A DNA stretch of 64,000 bases from an uncultured Aquificales bacterium. GTDB taxonomy: Bacteria > Aquificota > Aquificia > Aquificales > Hydrogenothermaceae. Positions within the stretch are counted from its first letter, which is position 1, and each line of letters begins with the position of its first letter. A program made the position numbers and the translations under genes. The stretch is from assembly GCA_964519345.1 (NCBI GenBank), contig CAZFKX010000017.1:9803-73802 (forward strand), in the 5' to 3' direction. Below the pieces are notes generated by a model. That model saw only the letters and a program-made list of their open reading frames with translations. It was not told the DNA's origin and made no database searches. This document shows, in pieces, positions 40,556 to 49,649 of the stretch.

Positions 40556-41555
40556 TCCTGAAGTTTTACTTCAGTTTCTGGATTTTCTTAAAGAAGGGAT
40601 AATAGTTGTTGGTGAAAACCAGAATATCGAGTATATGAATGCCTATGCTAAAGATATCTTAAAAAATGATATCAAAGGTATAGATCCGGTTGGGAAACAC
40701 TTTTCAGAAGTTATTAAAAATAACTATCTATACTCAATAATATCCTATAAAAACAAAAGAGATTTTAAAGAAGAGATAACTATAAATAACGATATTTTCC
40801 TTGTAAGAATGTATCATATAAACAGCAAGAAGGTTCTTCATTTTCAGGACATAACGTTATTTGAGATATACAAGCAGGCGAAAAAAGATTTTGTCTCAAA
40901 TGTATCTCATGAGCTTAAGACACCAATAGCCGTTATGAAAGGTATAGTTGAAACCCTTGAACAGGAGAAAGATATACAGACTATAAAAAAGTTTCTTAGT
41001 ATGGCTAAAAAAAGAATTGATCAGATGGACAGTCTTATTAATGATCTTCTTATACTTGCAAAACTTGAGTCTAAAGAAGAAAAGCTGAATATAACAAAAG
41101 CCGATCTTTCAAGAGTTGTAAACTCAATTTTTAATGATCTTGAGCATTTATCTAAGGAAAAAAGTATAAAACTTATAAATTTAGTACCAGAAGGATTCAT
41201 AATAGAAGTGGATCATAAAAAGTTTGATATCCTTTTAAAAAATCTTATTGAGAATGCTATAAAATACAATAAAACTGAAGGCAGTGTAACGGTCTCTGCT
41301 GAGAGAAAAAATGGAGAGATACTAATAAATGTAACAGATACGGGAATAGGAATACCAAAGGAATTCCAGCCTTTAATATTTGAAAGATTTTATAGGGTTG
41401 ATAAATCAAGAAGCAGAAATGTTGGAGGGACAGGACTTGGACTTTCAATAGTAAAGCATATAGCAGAAGCTCATAAAGGTAAGGTTGAGGTAAAGAGCGA
41501 GCTAAATGTAGGATCAACATTTATTGTAAGAATACCGGAAAGGAAAAATGGTTAA
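40536..41555 (+). CDS. Soluble PAS-histidine kinase, PhoR-like, with no TM segment
   Basis: PAS-like N-terminus, PhoR-type H-box DFVSNVSHELKTPIA, and N/G boxes (NLIENAIKYN, DTGIGIP, GGTGLGLSIVK). It overlaps phoU by 20 nt. No response regulator gene is adjacent. Confidence 0.8.
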   Translation: MKNSQIDPEVLLQFLDFLKEGIIVVGENQNIEYMNAYAKDILKNDIKGIDPVGKHFSEVIKNNYLYSIISYKNKRDFKEEITINNDIFLVRMYHINSKKVLHFQDITLFEIYKQAKKDFVSNVSHELKTPIAVMKGIVETLEQEKDIQTIKKFLSMAKKRIDQMDSLINDLLILAKLESKEEKLNITKADLSRVVNSIFNDLEHLSKEKSIKLINLVPEGFIIEVDHKKFDILLKNLIENAIKYNKTEGSVTVSAERKNGEILINVTDTGIGIPKEFQPLIFERFYRVDKSRSRNVGGTGLGLSIVKHIAEAHKGKVEVKSELNVGSTFIVRIPERKNG

Positions 41556-42366
41556 TGTATTAATATTTACAGATCTTGATGGAACATTACTTAACCATGA
41601 GGATTATTCCTTTAAGGATGCCCTTGAATCCTTAGAGAGGATAAAGAAGAAAAAAATCCCTATTATCATAGTAACGAGTAAAACAAAAAAAGAAGTTGAG
41701 CTTGTCCAGAGAGATCTTGGTATAGAAGAACCTTTTATTGTTGAAAACGGTGCAGCCATTTTTTTTCCAAAAAAATATAGAGGTTTTAAAATAAAATGTG
41801 ATAAGGAAAATAGGTATTGCGTGATAAAAATTGGTAGAGACTATAGTGAGATAAGGGAATTTATAAACAAAATAAAGGATAGATTTAGGATTAAAGGTTT
41901 TGGCGATATGGAAATCAAAGAGATAATGGAACTTACAGATCTTCCCTATGAGAGAGCAAAACTTGCAAAAAATAGAGATTTTACAGAACCGTTCGTTTTG
42001 GAGAATGAAAAAGATATATCTAAACTTGAAAAGATCGCTGATGAAGAAGGATTTAAGATTACAAGGGGCGGGAGATTTTACCATTTAGTAGGAAAAAATC
42101 AGGATAAAGGAAAAGCTGTAGAGATTGTTAAAAAAATATTTGAAGAAAATACAGGGAAGGTGCCTTTAACTATTGGTCTTGGAGACAGCAAGAACGATAT
42201 ACCAATGCTTAGAGAAGTTGACATCCCGATTCTGATACCCCATATTAATAAAAAGTACGAACCTGTTAATATTCCCGGCATTATAAAAGCTAAGTATCCA
42301 GGAAGTAAAGGATGGAACGAGTCTATCTGGAGAATACTTAATGAAATTGAAAGAGGTTGCTGTTGA
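41548..42366 (+). CDS. gpgP: HAD phosphatase of the mannosyl/glucosyl-3-phosphoglycerate phosphatase family
   Basis: N-terminal DLDGTLL, TSKT and a C-terminal GDSKND, as in the MpgP/YedP family. It overlaps the kinase gene by 8 nt. Confidence 0.7.
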   Translation: MVNVLIFTDLDGTLLNHEDYSFKDALESLERIKKKKIPIIIVTSKTKKEVELVQRDLGIEEPFIVENGAAIFFPKKYRGFKIKCDKENRYCVIKIGRDYSEIREFINKIKDRFRIKGFGDMEIKEIMELTDLPYERAKLAKNRDFTEPFVLENEKDISKLEKIADEEGFKITRGGRFYHLVGKNQDKGKAVEIVKKIFEENTGKVPLTIGLGDSKNDIPMLREVDIPILIPHINKKYEPVNIPGIIKAKYPGSKGWNESIWRILNEIERGCC

Positions 42367-43639
42367 GATCTTTCTCAGTTCTATCCGTAGTGTTCATCCC
42401 GAAAATATAATTCCCAGAAATATAACATTAAAAGACAACAGTATAAGAGTATGTGATTATGATATTCCTTTGAAAGGGGATCTTTACGTTTTTGGAAGTG
42501 GTAAAGCTTCCATTGAAATGGCAAAAGTTGTTGAAAAGATACTTGGCGATAGAATAAAAGGAGGAGTTGTTGTATGCAACTATACTGAAAATTTAGAAAA
42601 AATTAGAGTTGTAGAAGGATCCCATCCTGTTCCAACAGATAAAAGTCTTAGAGCTGGAGAGATACTTATCAAAGAAATGTCAAACCTGAAGGAGGATGAT
42701 ACATTTTTATATCTTCTCTCTGGTGGAAGCTCTGCGCTGATTGAAAAACCAGTTCCTCCTATAACAATAAAGGATTTACAGAAAACAACCGAGATTTTGC
42801 TTGAAAACAGTATTCCCATAGAAGAGATAAATATAATAAGAAAACATTTATCGCTTATAAAAGGTGGGAGGCTTGGAGAGGTAACAAAATCAAAAGGAGC
42901 TGTTCTTGTTCTTTCCGATGTTGTTGGAGATGATCTTTTTACTATTGGATCAGCGCCTCTTTATTACGATCTTTCAACGTATCGTGATGCTTACGATATA
43001 TTAAAAAGGTATGATCTTTTTGATAAGATTCCCGAAGCTGTAAAAAAAGTGATAAAAGATGGTATTTCAGGTAAGATACCTGATACTCCAAAAAGTGAAA
43101 ATCCAGATATAAAACATTTCATAATAGGCAGTAATTTTATTGCGTTAAATGAAGCAAGGAAAAAAGCGGAGAATAAAGGATTAAAAGGATACATATTTAC
43201 TTCTATGTTAAAAGGGGAAGCAAAAGAGGTTGCAAAAGCTGTAGCAAGTATAGGACTGGAGATAAAAAAGTCAGATAATCCTGTTGAGAAACCTGTATGT
43301 GTTCTTTTTGGAGGGGAGACAACAGTAACTGTGAAAGGAAGTGGAAAGGGAGGGAGAAATCAAGAGTTTGCACTTTCTTCTCTGAAGGAGATAAAGGATG
43401 TGGATGGAATAGTTATTCTGAGTGGAGGAACGGATGGGATAGATGGAAATTCTGATGCAGCAGGGGCTGTTGTAACAGCTGAATCATATAAGAAAGCAAA
43501 ATATCTGGATCTAAATATTGATGATTATTTGAAAAATAACGATTCATACAGTTTTTTTAGAAAAACGGGGGATCTTATTTTTACAGGAAAAACAGGAACT
43601 AATGTGATGGATATTATAGTAATGATAGTAGAGGGTTAA
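42341..43639 (+). CDS. Glycerate kinase of the DUF4147/MOFRL family (glycerate 2-kinase type)
   Basis: 432 aa with FGSGKAS, LLSGGSSALIE, a C-terminal GGETTV...GKGGRNQE and SGGTDGIDG. Confidence 0.8.
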   Translation: MKLKEVAVEIFLSSIRSVHPENIIPRNITLKDNSIRVCDYDIPLKGDLYVFGSGKASIEMAKVVEKILGDRIKGGVVVCNYTENLEKIRVVEGSHPVPTDKSLRAGEILIKEMSNLKEDDTFLYLLSGGSSALIEKPVPPITIKDLQKTTEILLENSIPIEEINIIRKHLSLIKGGRLGEVTKSKGAVLVLSDVVGDDLFTIGSAPLYYDLSTYRDAYDILKRYDLFDKIPEAVKKVIKDGISGKIPDTPKSENPDIKHFIIGSNFIALNEARKKAENKGLKGYIFTSMLKGEAKEVAKAVASIGLEIKKSDNPVEKPVCVLFGGETTVTVKGSGKGGRNQEFALSSLKEIKDVDGIVILSGGTDGIDGNSDAAGAVVTAESYKKAKYLDLNIDDYLKNNDSYSFFRKTGDLIFTGKTGTNVMDIIVMIVEG

Positions 43640-43640
43640 A

Positions 43641-44894
43641 ATGATGATAGTTCTGCCAAATGTAAGATTTTCAACGGCTCTTAGGGAGGATGCAAGGAAA
43701 AAAATCGAGAAGATAGGATATGCAGATATAGTTGTTGGTATTCCTTCATACTATAGTCAAACGACAATATCCCATGTTATAGAAACTGTTGCAAAAGGAC
43801 TTGATAGATATTATTCAGATAGAAAAGCCATAATATTCGTTTCTGACGGCGGCTCTACTGATGATACAAGAGAAGAAGCAAGAGCCACTGATATCAGCGC
43901 TTATAATATAGAGAAGATAGTCTCGATATACAGAGGCATTCCTGGAAAAGGATCAGCCCTGAGAGCTGTTTTTGAAGCCGCTGAGTTCCTCAGAGCAGAA
44001 GCTGTTGCAACCTTTGACTCCGATCTTAGATCTATAACGCCAGAATGGATAAAGAATATACTTGATCCTGTATTTAAAGGTTTTGATTATGTGACACCTT
44101 ACTACAGAAGATACAAATTTGATGGAACCATCACTAATAACATAGCATATCCTTTAATAAGAACTCTTTACGGACTTCGTATAAGACAGCCAATAGGTGG
44201 TGATTTTGGTATGTCAAGAAAACTTGTTAAAGACTATCTTGATGAGGATGTCTGGGAGACGGATGTAGCAAAATTTGGGATTGATATATGGATGACAACA
44301 ACAGCTGTTGTCAAAGGATACAGAATCTGTCAGGCTAAACTTGGTGCAAAGATACATGGTGAGAAGGATCCTGCTAAAGATCTCAGCGGTATGTTCAGAG
44401 AGGTTGTTGGAACGACTTACAATCTCATGGAAAAGTATGAATCGTTCTGGAAAAAGATAAAAAGATCAAAAGATATACCAGTTTTCGGAGAGTTTGCAGG
44501 TGTTGAGCCTGAACCTTTTGAGATAGATCTTAATGAAAGTATAGATTATTTTAGAACAGGCTATAAAAATTTTGAGGGGGTTTGGGAGAGAATACTTGAT
44601 GAGACAGATATGAAAGTTATTAGGGACCTTTACAAAAATGAGAAGAACGAGGAATTTATTATGCCTATAGAGACGTGGGTAAGGATAGTTTATAGGTATG
44701 GAAATACATTTCATTCTACGGAAAGACAGAAATTCAAAGTCTTGAATACAATGATACCTCTATACAATGCACGAGTTGCATCATTGGTAAATGAGCTTTC
44801 AGATAAATCTGATCAGGAAGCTGAAGATTATTACAATACTCAGGCTGAAATTTTTGAAGAAATGAAAGAATATCTTATAAAAATATGGAAATGA
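43641..44894 (+). CDS. ggs: Glycosyltransferase, candidate glucosylglycerate synthase (single-step Ggs type)
   Basis: GT-A-like N-terminus (VVGIPSYY, VSDGGSTDDT, FDSDL). It sits between the glycerate kinase and gpgS genes, as in the published Persephonella marina operon (recalled from the literature, not searched). Confidence 0.55.
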   Translation: MMIVLPNVRFSTALREDARKKIEKIGYADIVVGIPSYYSQTTISHVIETVAKGLDRYYSDRKAIIFVSDGGSTDDTREEARATDISAYNIEKIVSIYRGIPGKGSALRAVFEAAEFLRAEAVATFDSDLRSITPEWIKNILDPVFKGFDYVTPYYRRYKFDGTITNNIAYPLIRTLYGLRIRQPIGGDFGMSRKLVKDYLDEDVWETDVAKFGIDIWMTTTAVVKGYRICQAKLGAKIHGEKDPAKDLSGMFREVVGTTYNLMEKYESFWKKIKRSKDIPVFGEFAGVEPEPFEIDLNESIDYFRTGYKNFEGVWERILDETDMKVIRDLYKNEKNEEFIMPIETWVRIVYRYGNTFHSTERQKFKVLNTMIPLYNARVASLVNELSDKSDQEAEDYYNTQAEIFEEMKEYLIKIWK

Positions 44895-44907
44895 GGGAGG
44901 TATTTTC

Positions 44908-46119
44908 ATGGCAGATTTTTTTCAAAATGGTGTCATAACGACGCTCCAGAACTTTAAAAACAGATCGCTTGAAGAGTTAGAGTATGAACTTGAGCTGTTT
45001 TCAAAAAGAAGAAATATGGTACTTTTACTTCCCGCATTATACTCTGAGTTTGAAGGACCTGCTATGCCGAGAATAATAGAAGAGCTAAAAGGGATAAGAT
45101 ATCTTTATAAGATCGTTCTTTCCCTTGATAAAGCATCTGAAGAAGAGTTTAAAAAAGTTAAAAAAGTAATGTCGCAGGTAAATACTGAAGTCAAAGTTAT
45201 ATGGCATGATGGTCCAAGAATGCAAAAACTTTACTCTGAGCTTGAGGATGCTGGATTTAATGTCTCTTTCCCAGGTAAGGGAAGATCTGTATGGATGAGT
45301 CTTGGATACATACTTTCAGATGCAGATGCCTATGCCATAGCTTTACATGACTGTGATATTGTGAATTACAGTAGAGAATTGCCTGCAAGACTTTTTTATC
45401 CAGTAGTTCATCCAGCTTTAGATTTTGAATTTAGTAAAGGATACTATGCAAGAGTTACAAACAAACTCTATGGAAGGGTTACAAGGATTTTTTATACACC
45501 CTTAATAAGAGCACTTATCAGGATTCTCGGCTGTAACAGATTTCTTGTTTACCTTGACAGCTTCAGATATGCATTATCTGGAGAGTTTGCATTTATAAGA
45601 ACACTTGCAAGGGGAATAAGAATTTCTCCAACATGGGGGTTAGAAGTATCTATGCTAAGCGAGGTTTACCAAAACACATCATTTAACAGGATATGTCAGG
45701 TTGAAGTTATGGATACTTACGAACATAAACATCAGAAGCTCGTAAAATCAACATCAGAAGGGCTTGTAAAAATGGCAAGTGATATAGCAAAAACACTTTT
45801 TAGGGTTCTTGCACATGATGGTTTTGTTTTTTCAGAAGCCTTTTTCAGAACACTTTTAACAACCTATCTTCAGGAAGCAAGATATGCTATAGAAAAATAC
45901 AATGCATTATCACTTATAAACGGTCTTAATTATGATAGACATGCGGAAATTGAAGCCATAGAGGTTTTTGTCGATGCTTTGAAAAAAGCGGAAAAAGAGT
46001 TTATAGATGATCCTATCGGCGTTCCTCTCATGTCAGCATGGGTAAGGGTGAGAGCTGCACTACCCTATATATCTGACAAGTTAATAAAGGCTGTTGAAGA
46101 GGACAACTCAGACTGTTAA
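44908..46119 (+). CDS. gpgS: Glucosyl-3-phosphoglycerate synthase-type glycosyltransferase
   Basis: 403 aa with GT-A features (LLLPAL, a DxD-like HDCDIV). Clustered with the MpgP-family phosphatase gene. Confidence 0.6.
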   Translation: MADFFQNGVITTLQNFKNRSLEELEYELELFSKRRNMVLLLPALYSEFEGPAMPRIIEELKGIRYLYKIVLSLDKASEEEFKKVKKVMSQVNTEVKVIWHDGPRMQKLYSELEDAGFNVSFPGKGRSVWMSLGYILSDADAYAIALHDCDIVNYSRELPARLFYPVVHPALDFEFSKGYYARVTNKLYGRVTRIFYTPLIRALIRILGCNRFLVYLDSFRYALSGEFAFIRTLARGIRISPTWGLEVSMLSEVYQNTSFNRICQVEVMDTYEHKHQKLVKSTSEGLVKMASDIAKTLFRVLAHDGFVFSEAFFRTLLTTYLQEARYAIEKYNALSLINGLNYDRHAEIEAIEVFVDALKKAEKEFIDDPIGVPLMSAWVRVRAALPYISDKLIKAVEEDNSDC

Positions 46120-47063
46120 AATTCCCAAAGAGCTGTTGTCAGATATTTTTCTCCTCCATCAGGGCATATAAATACAATTACTCCTTGATCTATTTCCTTG
46201 GCAAGCTGAAGGGCTGCTTCAAAAGCTGCTCCTGAGGATTGACCTACAAAAATACCTTCCTTTTTAGCAAGTTCTCTTGCCCTTTCATATGAGATATCCG
46301 TTCCTATAAACATAGTCCTGTCAAGCCTGTTTTCATCAAAAATACCTGGTTTAATAGATGTTTCTATATACTTGAGACCCTCTATTCCATGAAATGGACT
46401 ATCAGGTTGAACACCAATTATCTGTATATCTGGGTTGAATATCTTAAGTCTTCTGCCTGTTCCCATCACTGTTCCGCCTGTTCCTATGCCTGCAATAAAA
46501 TGAGTTATTTTTCCTTCAGTCTGTTTCCATATCTCTACAGCTGTCGAGTGGTAATGAGATCTCCAGTTTGCATCATTGTTGTACTGATCAACATAAAAAT
46601 ATCTGTCAGGGTATTTCTCTATTAGTTTTCTAACGTATATGATTGCTCCATCGGTACTCTCAAGAGGATTTGTATAATGTATCTTAGCACCAAAAGCCTG
46701 TATTATTTTTTTTCTTTCTTCGCTAACATTTGAAGGCATAGCAAGCTCTACTCTAAAACCAAGAGCTGTACCTATCATGGCAAGTGCAATTCCTGTATTG
46801 CCAGAAGTTGCATCAAGGATTATTTTATCTTTCGTGAGTTTTCCACTTTTGACAGCCTCCACAAGCATTCTTGTTGCAGGCCTGTCTTTTACAGATCCTC
46901 CCGGATTATAACCTTCAAGTTTTGCATATATCTCAATGTTTTTTTCCTTTATATCGTCAGGGATAGATCTTTCGAGTTTTATAAGAGGCGTATTACCAAC
47001 AAGTTCAAGTATTGATCCCCTTGTTTTTCTTATATTTTCATCATGTTCGCCTAATATCCACAA
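46116..47063 (-). CDS. cysM: PLP-dependent cysteine synthase (CysM/CysK family)
   Basis: PLP lysine context NPGGSVKDRPA, TSGNTGIALA and GIGTGGT. Its 3' end overlaps gpgS by 4 nt. Confidence 0.85.
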   Translation of the reverse strand: MWILGEHDENIRKTRGSILELVGNTPLIKLERSIPDDIKEKNIEIYAKLEGYNPGGSVKDRPATRMLVEAVKSGKLTKDKIILDATSGNTGIALAMIGTALGFRVELAMPSNVSEERKKIIQAFGAKIHYTNPLESTDGAIIYVRKLIEKYPDRYFYVDQYNNDANWRSHYHSTAVEIWKQTEGKITHFIAGIGTGGTVMGTGRRLKIFNPDIQIIGVQPDSPFHGIEGLKYIETSIKPGIFDENRLDRTMFIGTDISYERARELAKKEGIFVGQSSGAAFEAALQLAKEIDQGVIVFICPDGGEKYLTTALWEF

Positions 47064-47104
47064 TCTTTTTCACCTTATCTTATATTTATTAAAGTTAAAA
47101 AATT

Positions 47105-47653
47105 TTATCCTTTTTCAGTAAGTTTTTGAAGGGCTAATTTTAAAGCTCTCTCTAAATTATCAGTATCTTTTAGGACATTTTTTGCTATAGGGATAGCTTT
47201 TCTTTTATCAAAACCAAGTTCAGAAAGGGCTTCAACAAGATCCTGTAAAGTTCTATTCTCAAAAAACTCTAACTTTCCCTGAAGCTCAAGTATTATTCTC
47301 TGTGCTGTTTTTTTTCCAATACCATGGGCTGTTGTTAATGATGTTATATCTTTTTTCTCAATTATTTCTATAAATCTTTCAGGACTGAAAGCTCTTAGTA
47401 TAGAAAGTGCATGTTTAACACCTACACCATTTATACTTAAAAGCCTGTTGAATATATCTCTTTCCTCAGGTGTCTTAAATCCGTAAAGTTCAATCCTATC
47501 CTCTTTTATAATCATCTCAAAAAATACTACAGACTGGTCTTCAAAATTGGATGGCGATCTAAACCTTAATGCTATTACTCCAAGATCTATAATGTATATA
47601 TCTTCTCCTTTGTGAGATATCTTGCCTTTTAGAAACTCTATCATAAAAAACAC
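47105..47653 (-). CDS. ruvA: Holliday junction DNA helicase subunit RuvA
   Basis: N-terminus MIEFLKGKI (the likely start is the fourth codon, ATG 47644). Two HhH motifs (INGVGVKHALSIL and HGIGKKTAQRIILEL). Confidence 0.9.
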   Translation of the reverse strand: MFFMIEFLKGKISHKGEDIYIIDLGVIALRFRSPSNFEDQSVVFFEMIIKEDRIELYGFKTPEERDIFNRLLSINGVGVKHALSILRAFSPERFIEIIEKKDITSLTTAHGIGKKTAQRIILELQGKLEFFENRTLQDLVEALSELGFDKRKAIPIAKNVLKDTDNLERALKLALQKLTEKG

Positions 47654-47717
47654 CCCTGATAGTATGGTAAATCTATTTTCATGTTAAAATATAATAAAGT
47701 AAAGGAGGTTTGAAAAT

Positions 47718-49151
47718 ATGATAACCCTCCCTATGATCTTAGGTGGTCAGAAAGTTTATAAAGAAGAAAAAATAGATGTTATATATCCTTATACCCTTGA
47801 AAAAATTGGAGAAGTTCCAAAAGGATCTCCAAAAGATGTAGAGAAGGCTGTAGAAAAAGCAAAAATCGGTCTTAGAAAACTAAAAAAGCTCTCCTCTTAC
47901 GATAAGTATAAAATACTTATGAAAGTTGCCCAACTGCTTGAAGAAAGAAAAGAAGAATTTGCAAAAGTAGTTGTTTATGAAGTTGGAAAAACTATAAGGG
48001 AAGCAAGAACCGAAGTTGAAAGATGCATAAATACGATTATTTTTTCTGCTGAAGAGTCAAAGAGGATAGAAGGAGAGTACATCTATATTGACGCATCCCC
48101 TAATGGAAAGGGTAAAAAGGGTTTTTACTTTAGAGAGCCTGCAGGAATTGTTTCAGCTATAACACCTTTTAACTTTCCATTAAATCTAACTGCTCATAAG
48201 ATAGCACCTTCCATAGCTGCAGGTTGTCCGTTTATACTAAAACCCAGTGAAAGAACGCCTCTTTCTCCGATTATGCTGTGTGAACTATTCCTTGAAGCAG
48301 GTGTGCCTGAGGAGGCTGTTTCCGTAATACCTGGTTATGCTGATGTTGGCCGGATAATGACTACGCACCCGGATGTAAGGGTAGTATCTTTTACCGGTAG
48401 CTTAAAAGTTGGAGAGATTATAGCAAAACAGGCTGGACTGAAGAAGATTGTCATGGAACTTGGATCAAATTCTGCAGTTGTTGTCGATAAAGATGCAGAC
48501 CTTCAAACTGCTGCCAAGAAATCAGTATTAGGGGGGTTTGCACTTGCAGGGCAGGTATGCATTTCGGTTCAGAGGATACTCGTTCATCATGAAGTGGCGG
48601 ACAAATTCCAGGAACTTTTAAAAAAAGAGGTCTCAAAACTTAAGTTTGGAGATCCTATGGATGAGGATACAGATGTAGGACCTGTAATAACTGTTGATGA
48701 GGTTAATAGAATCAGATCATGGATAGAGGAAGCCGTAAAGAAAGGCGCCAAAATTGAGATGGGCGGTATATCCTGTGCAGAGGAAAAAACTGTTTTTCAA
48801 CCTACAGTTGTAGTTGATATTCCAGAAGAATCAAAGCTCTTTTATGAAGAAGCTTTTGCTCCTGTCGTAACTGTAAAAAGGTTTAGGGATATTGATGAGG
48901 CTTTGGAACTGGTTAATAAAACAAATTACGGTCTTCAGGTGGGTGTTTTTACAAACAGTATAAAAAATGCATGGAAATTTATACAGAATGCTGAGGTTGG
49001 CGGGGTTATAATTAATGATATACCAACCTTCAGAGCGGATAATATGCCTTACGGCGGTGTAAAAGGAAGCGGTATAGGCAGGGAAGGTCCAAAATTTGCT
49101 ATTGAGGACTATACAGAGATAAAAATGGTAGTGTTTGATCTTAATGCATAA
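47718..49151 (+). CDS. NAD(P)-dependent aldehyde dehydrogenase (GapN/lactaldehyde dehydrogenase-like)
   Basis: 477 aa with catalytic Glu (MELGSNSA) and Cys (GQVCISVQR) contexts, and the cofactor motif FTGS. Confidence 0.85.
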   Translation: MITLPMILGGQKVYKEEKIDVIYPYTLEKIGEVPKGSPKDVEKAVEKAKIGLRKLKKLSSYDKYKILMKVAQLLEERKEEFAKVVVYEVGKTIREARTEVERCINTIIFSAEESKRIEGEYIYIDASPNGKGKKGFYFREPAGIVSAITPFNFPLNLTAHKIAPSIAAGCPFILKPSERTPLSPIMLCELFLEAGVPEEAVSVIPGYADVGRIMTTHPDVRVVSFTGSLKVGEIIAKQAGLKKIVMELGSNSAVVVDKDADLQTAAKKSVLGGFALAGQVCISVQRILVHHEVADKFQELLKKEVSKLKFGDPMDEDTDVGPVITVDEVNRIRSWIEEAVKKGAKIEMGGISCAEEKTVFQPTVVVDIPEESKLFYEEAFAPVVTVKRFRDIDEALELVNKTNYGLQVGVFTNSIKNAWKFIQNAEVGGVIINDIPTFRADNMPYGGVKGSGIGREGPKFAIEDYTEIKMVVFDLNA

Positions 49152-49192
49152 AAATTATGCACTCATATCAATTAGTGCACATATTTTGTGCA
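49145..49192. promoter_or_regulatory. Two NtrC-type inverted repeats (TGCAY-N7-RTGCA), 31 bp centre to centre; candidate enhancer for the glnB promoter
   Basis: TGCAT-aaaaatt-ATGCA at 49145-49161 and TGCAC-atatttt-GTGCA at 49176-49192, read directly. An extra TGCAC half-site lies at 49158-49162. Confidence 0.45.
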
Positions 49193-49232
49193 TTAAAGCT
49201 GTAAAAATAAATGTTATGCCTTGATTTTATAT

Positions 49233-49248
49233 TGGCAAGATATTTGCT
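49233..49248 (+). promoter_or_regulatory. Sigma-54 (-24/-12) promoter upstream of glnB-glnA
   Basis: TGGCAA-GATAT-TTGCT matches the TGGCAC-N5-TTGCW consensus, with exact GG-to-GC spacing. The -12 GC lies 33 nt upstream of the glnB ATG, and the RBS GGAGGG lies in between. Confidence 0.6.
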
Positions 49249-49279
49249 TATAAAATTCAGGAATAGTTGGAGGGTATAA

Positions 49280-49618
<339 letters not shown>

Positions 49619-49649
49619 TCTCATAGAATCAAATCAGGAGGTACTTTAA

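Noticed and set aside
47654-47717. Sigma-54-like TGGTAA...TTTTC string upstream of the aldehyde dehydrogenase gene
   Set aside because: The -12 position carries TT instead of GC at the required spacing, so it is not a sigma-54 promoter.
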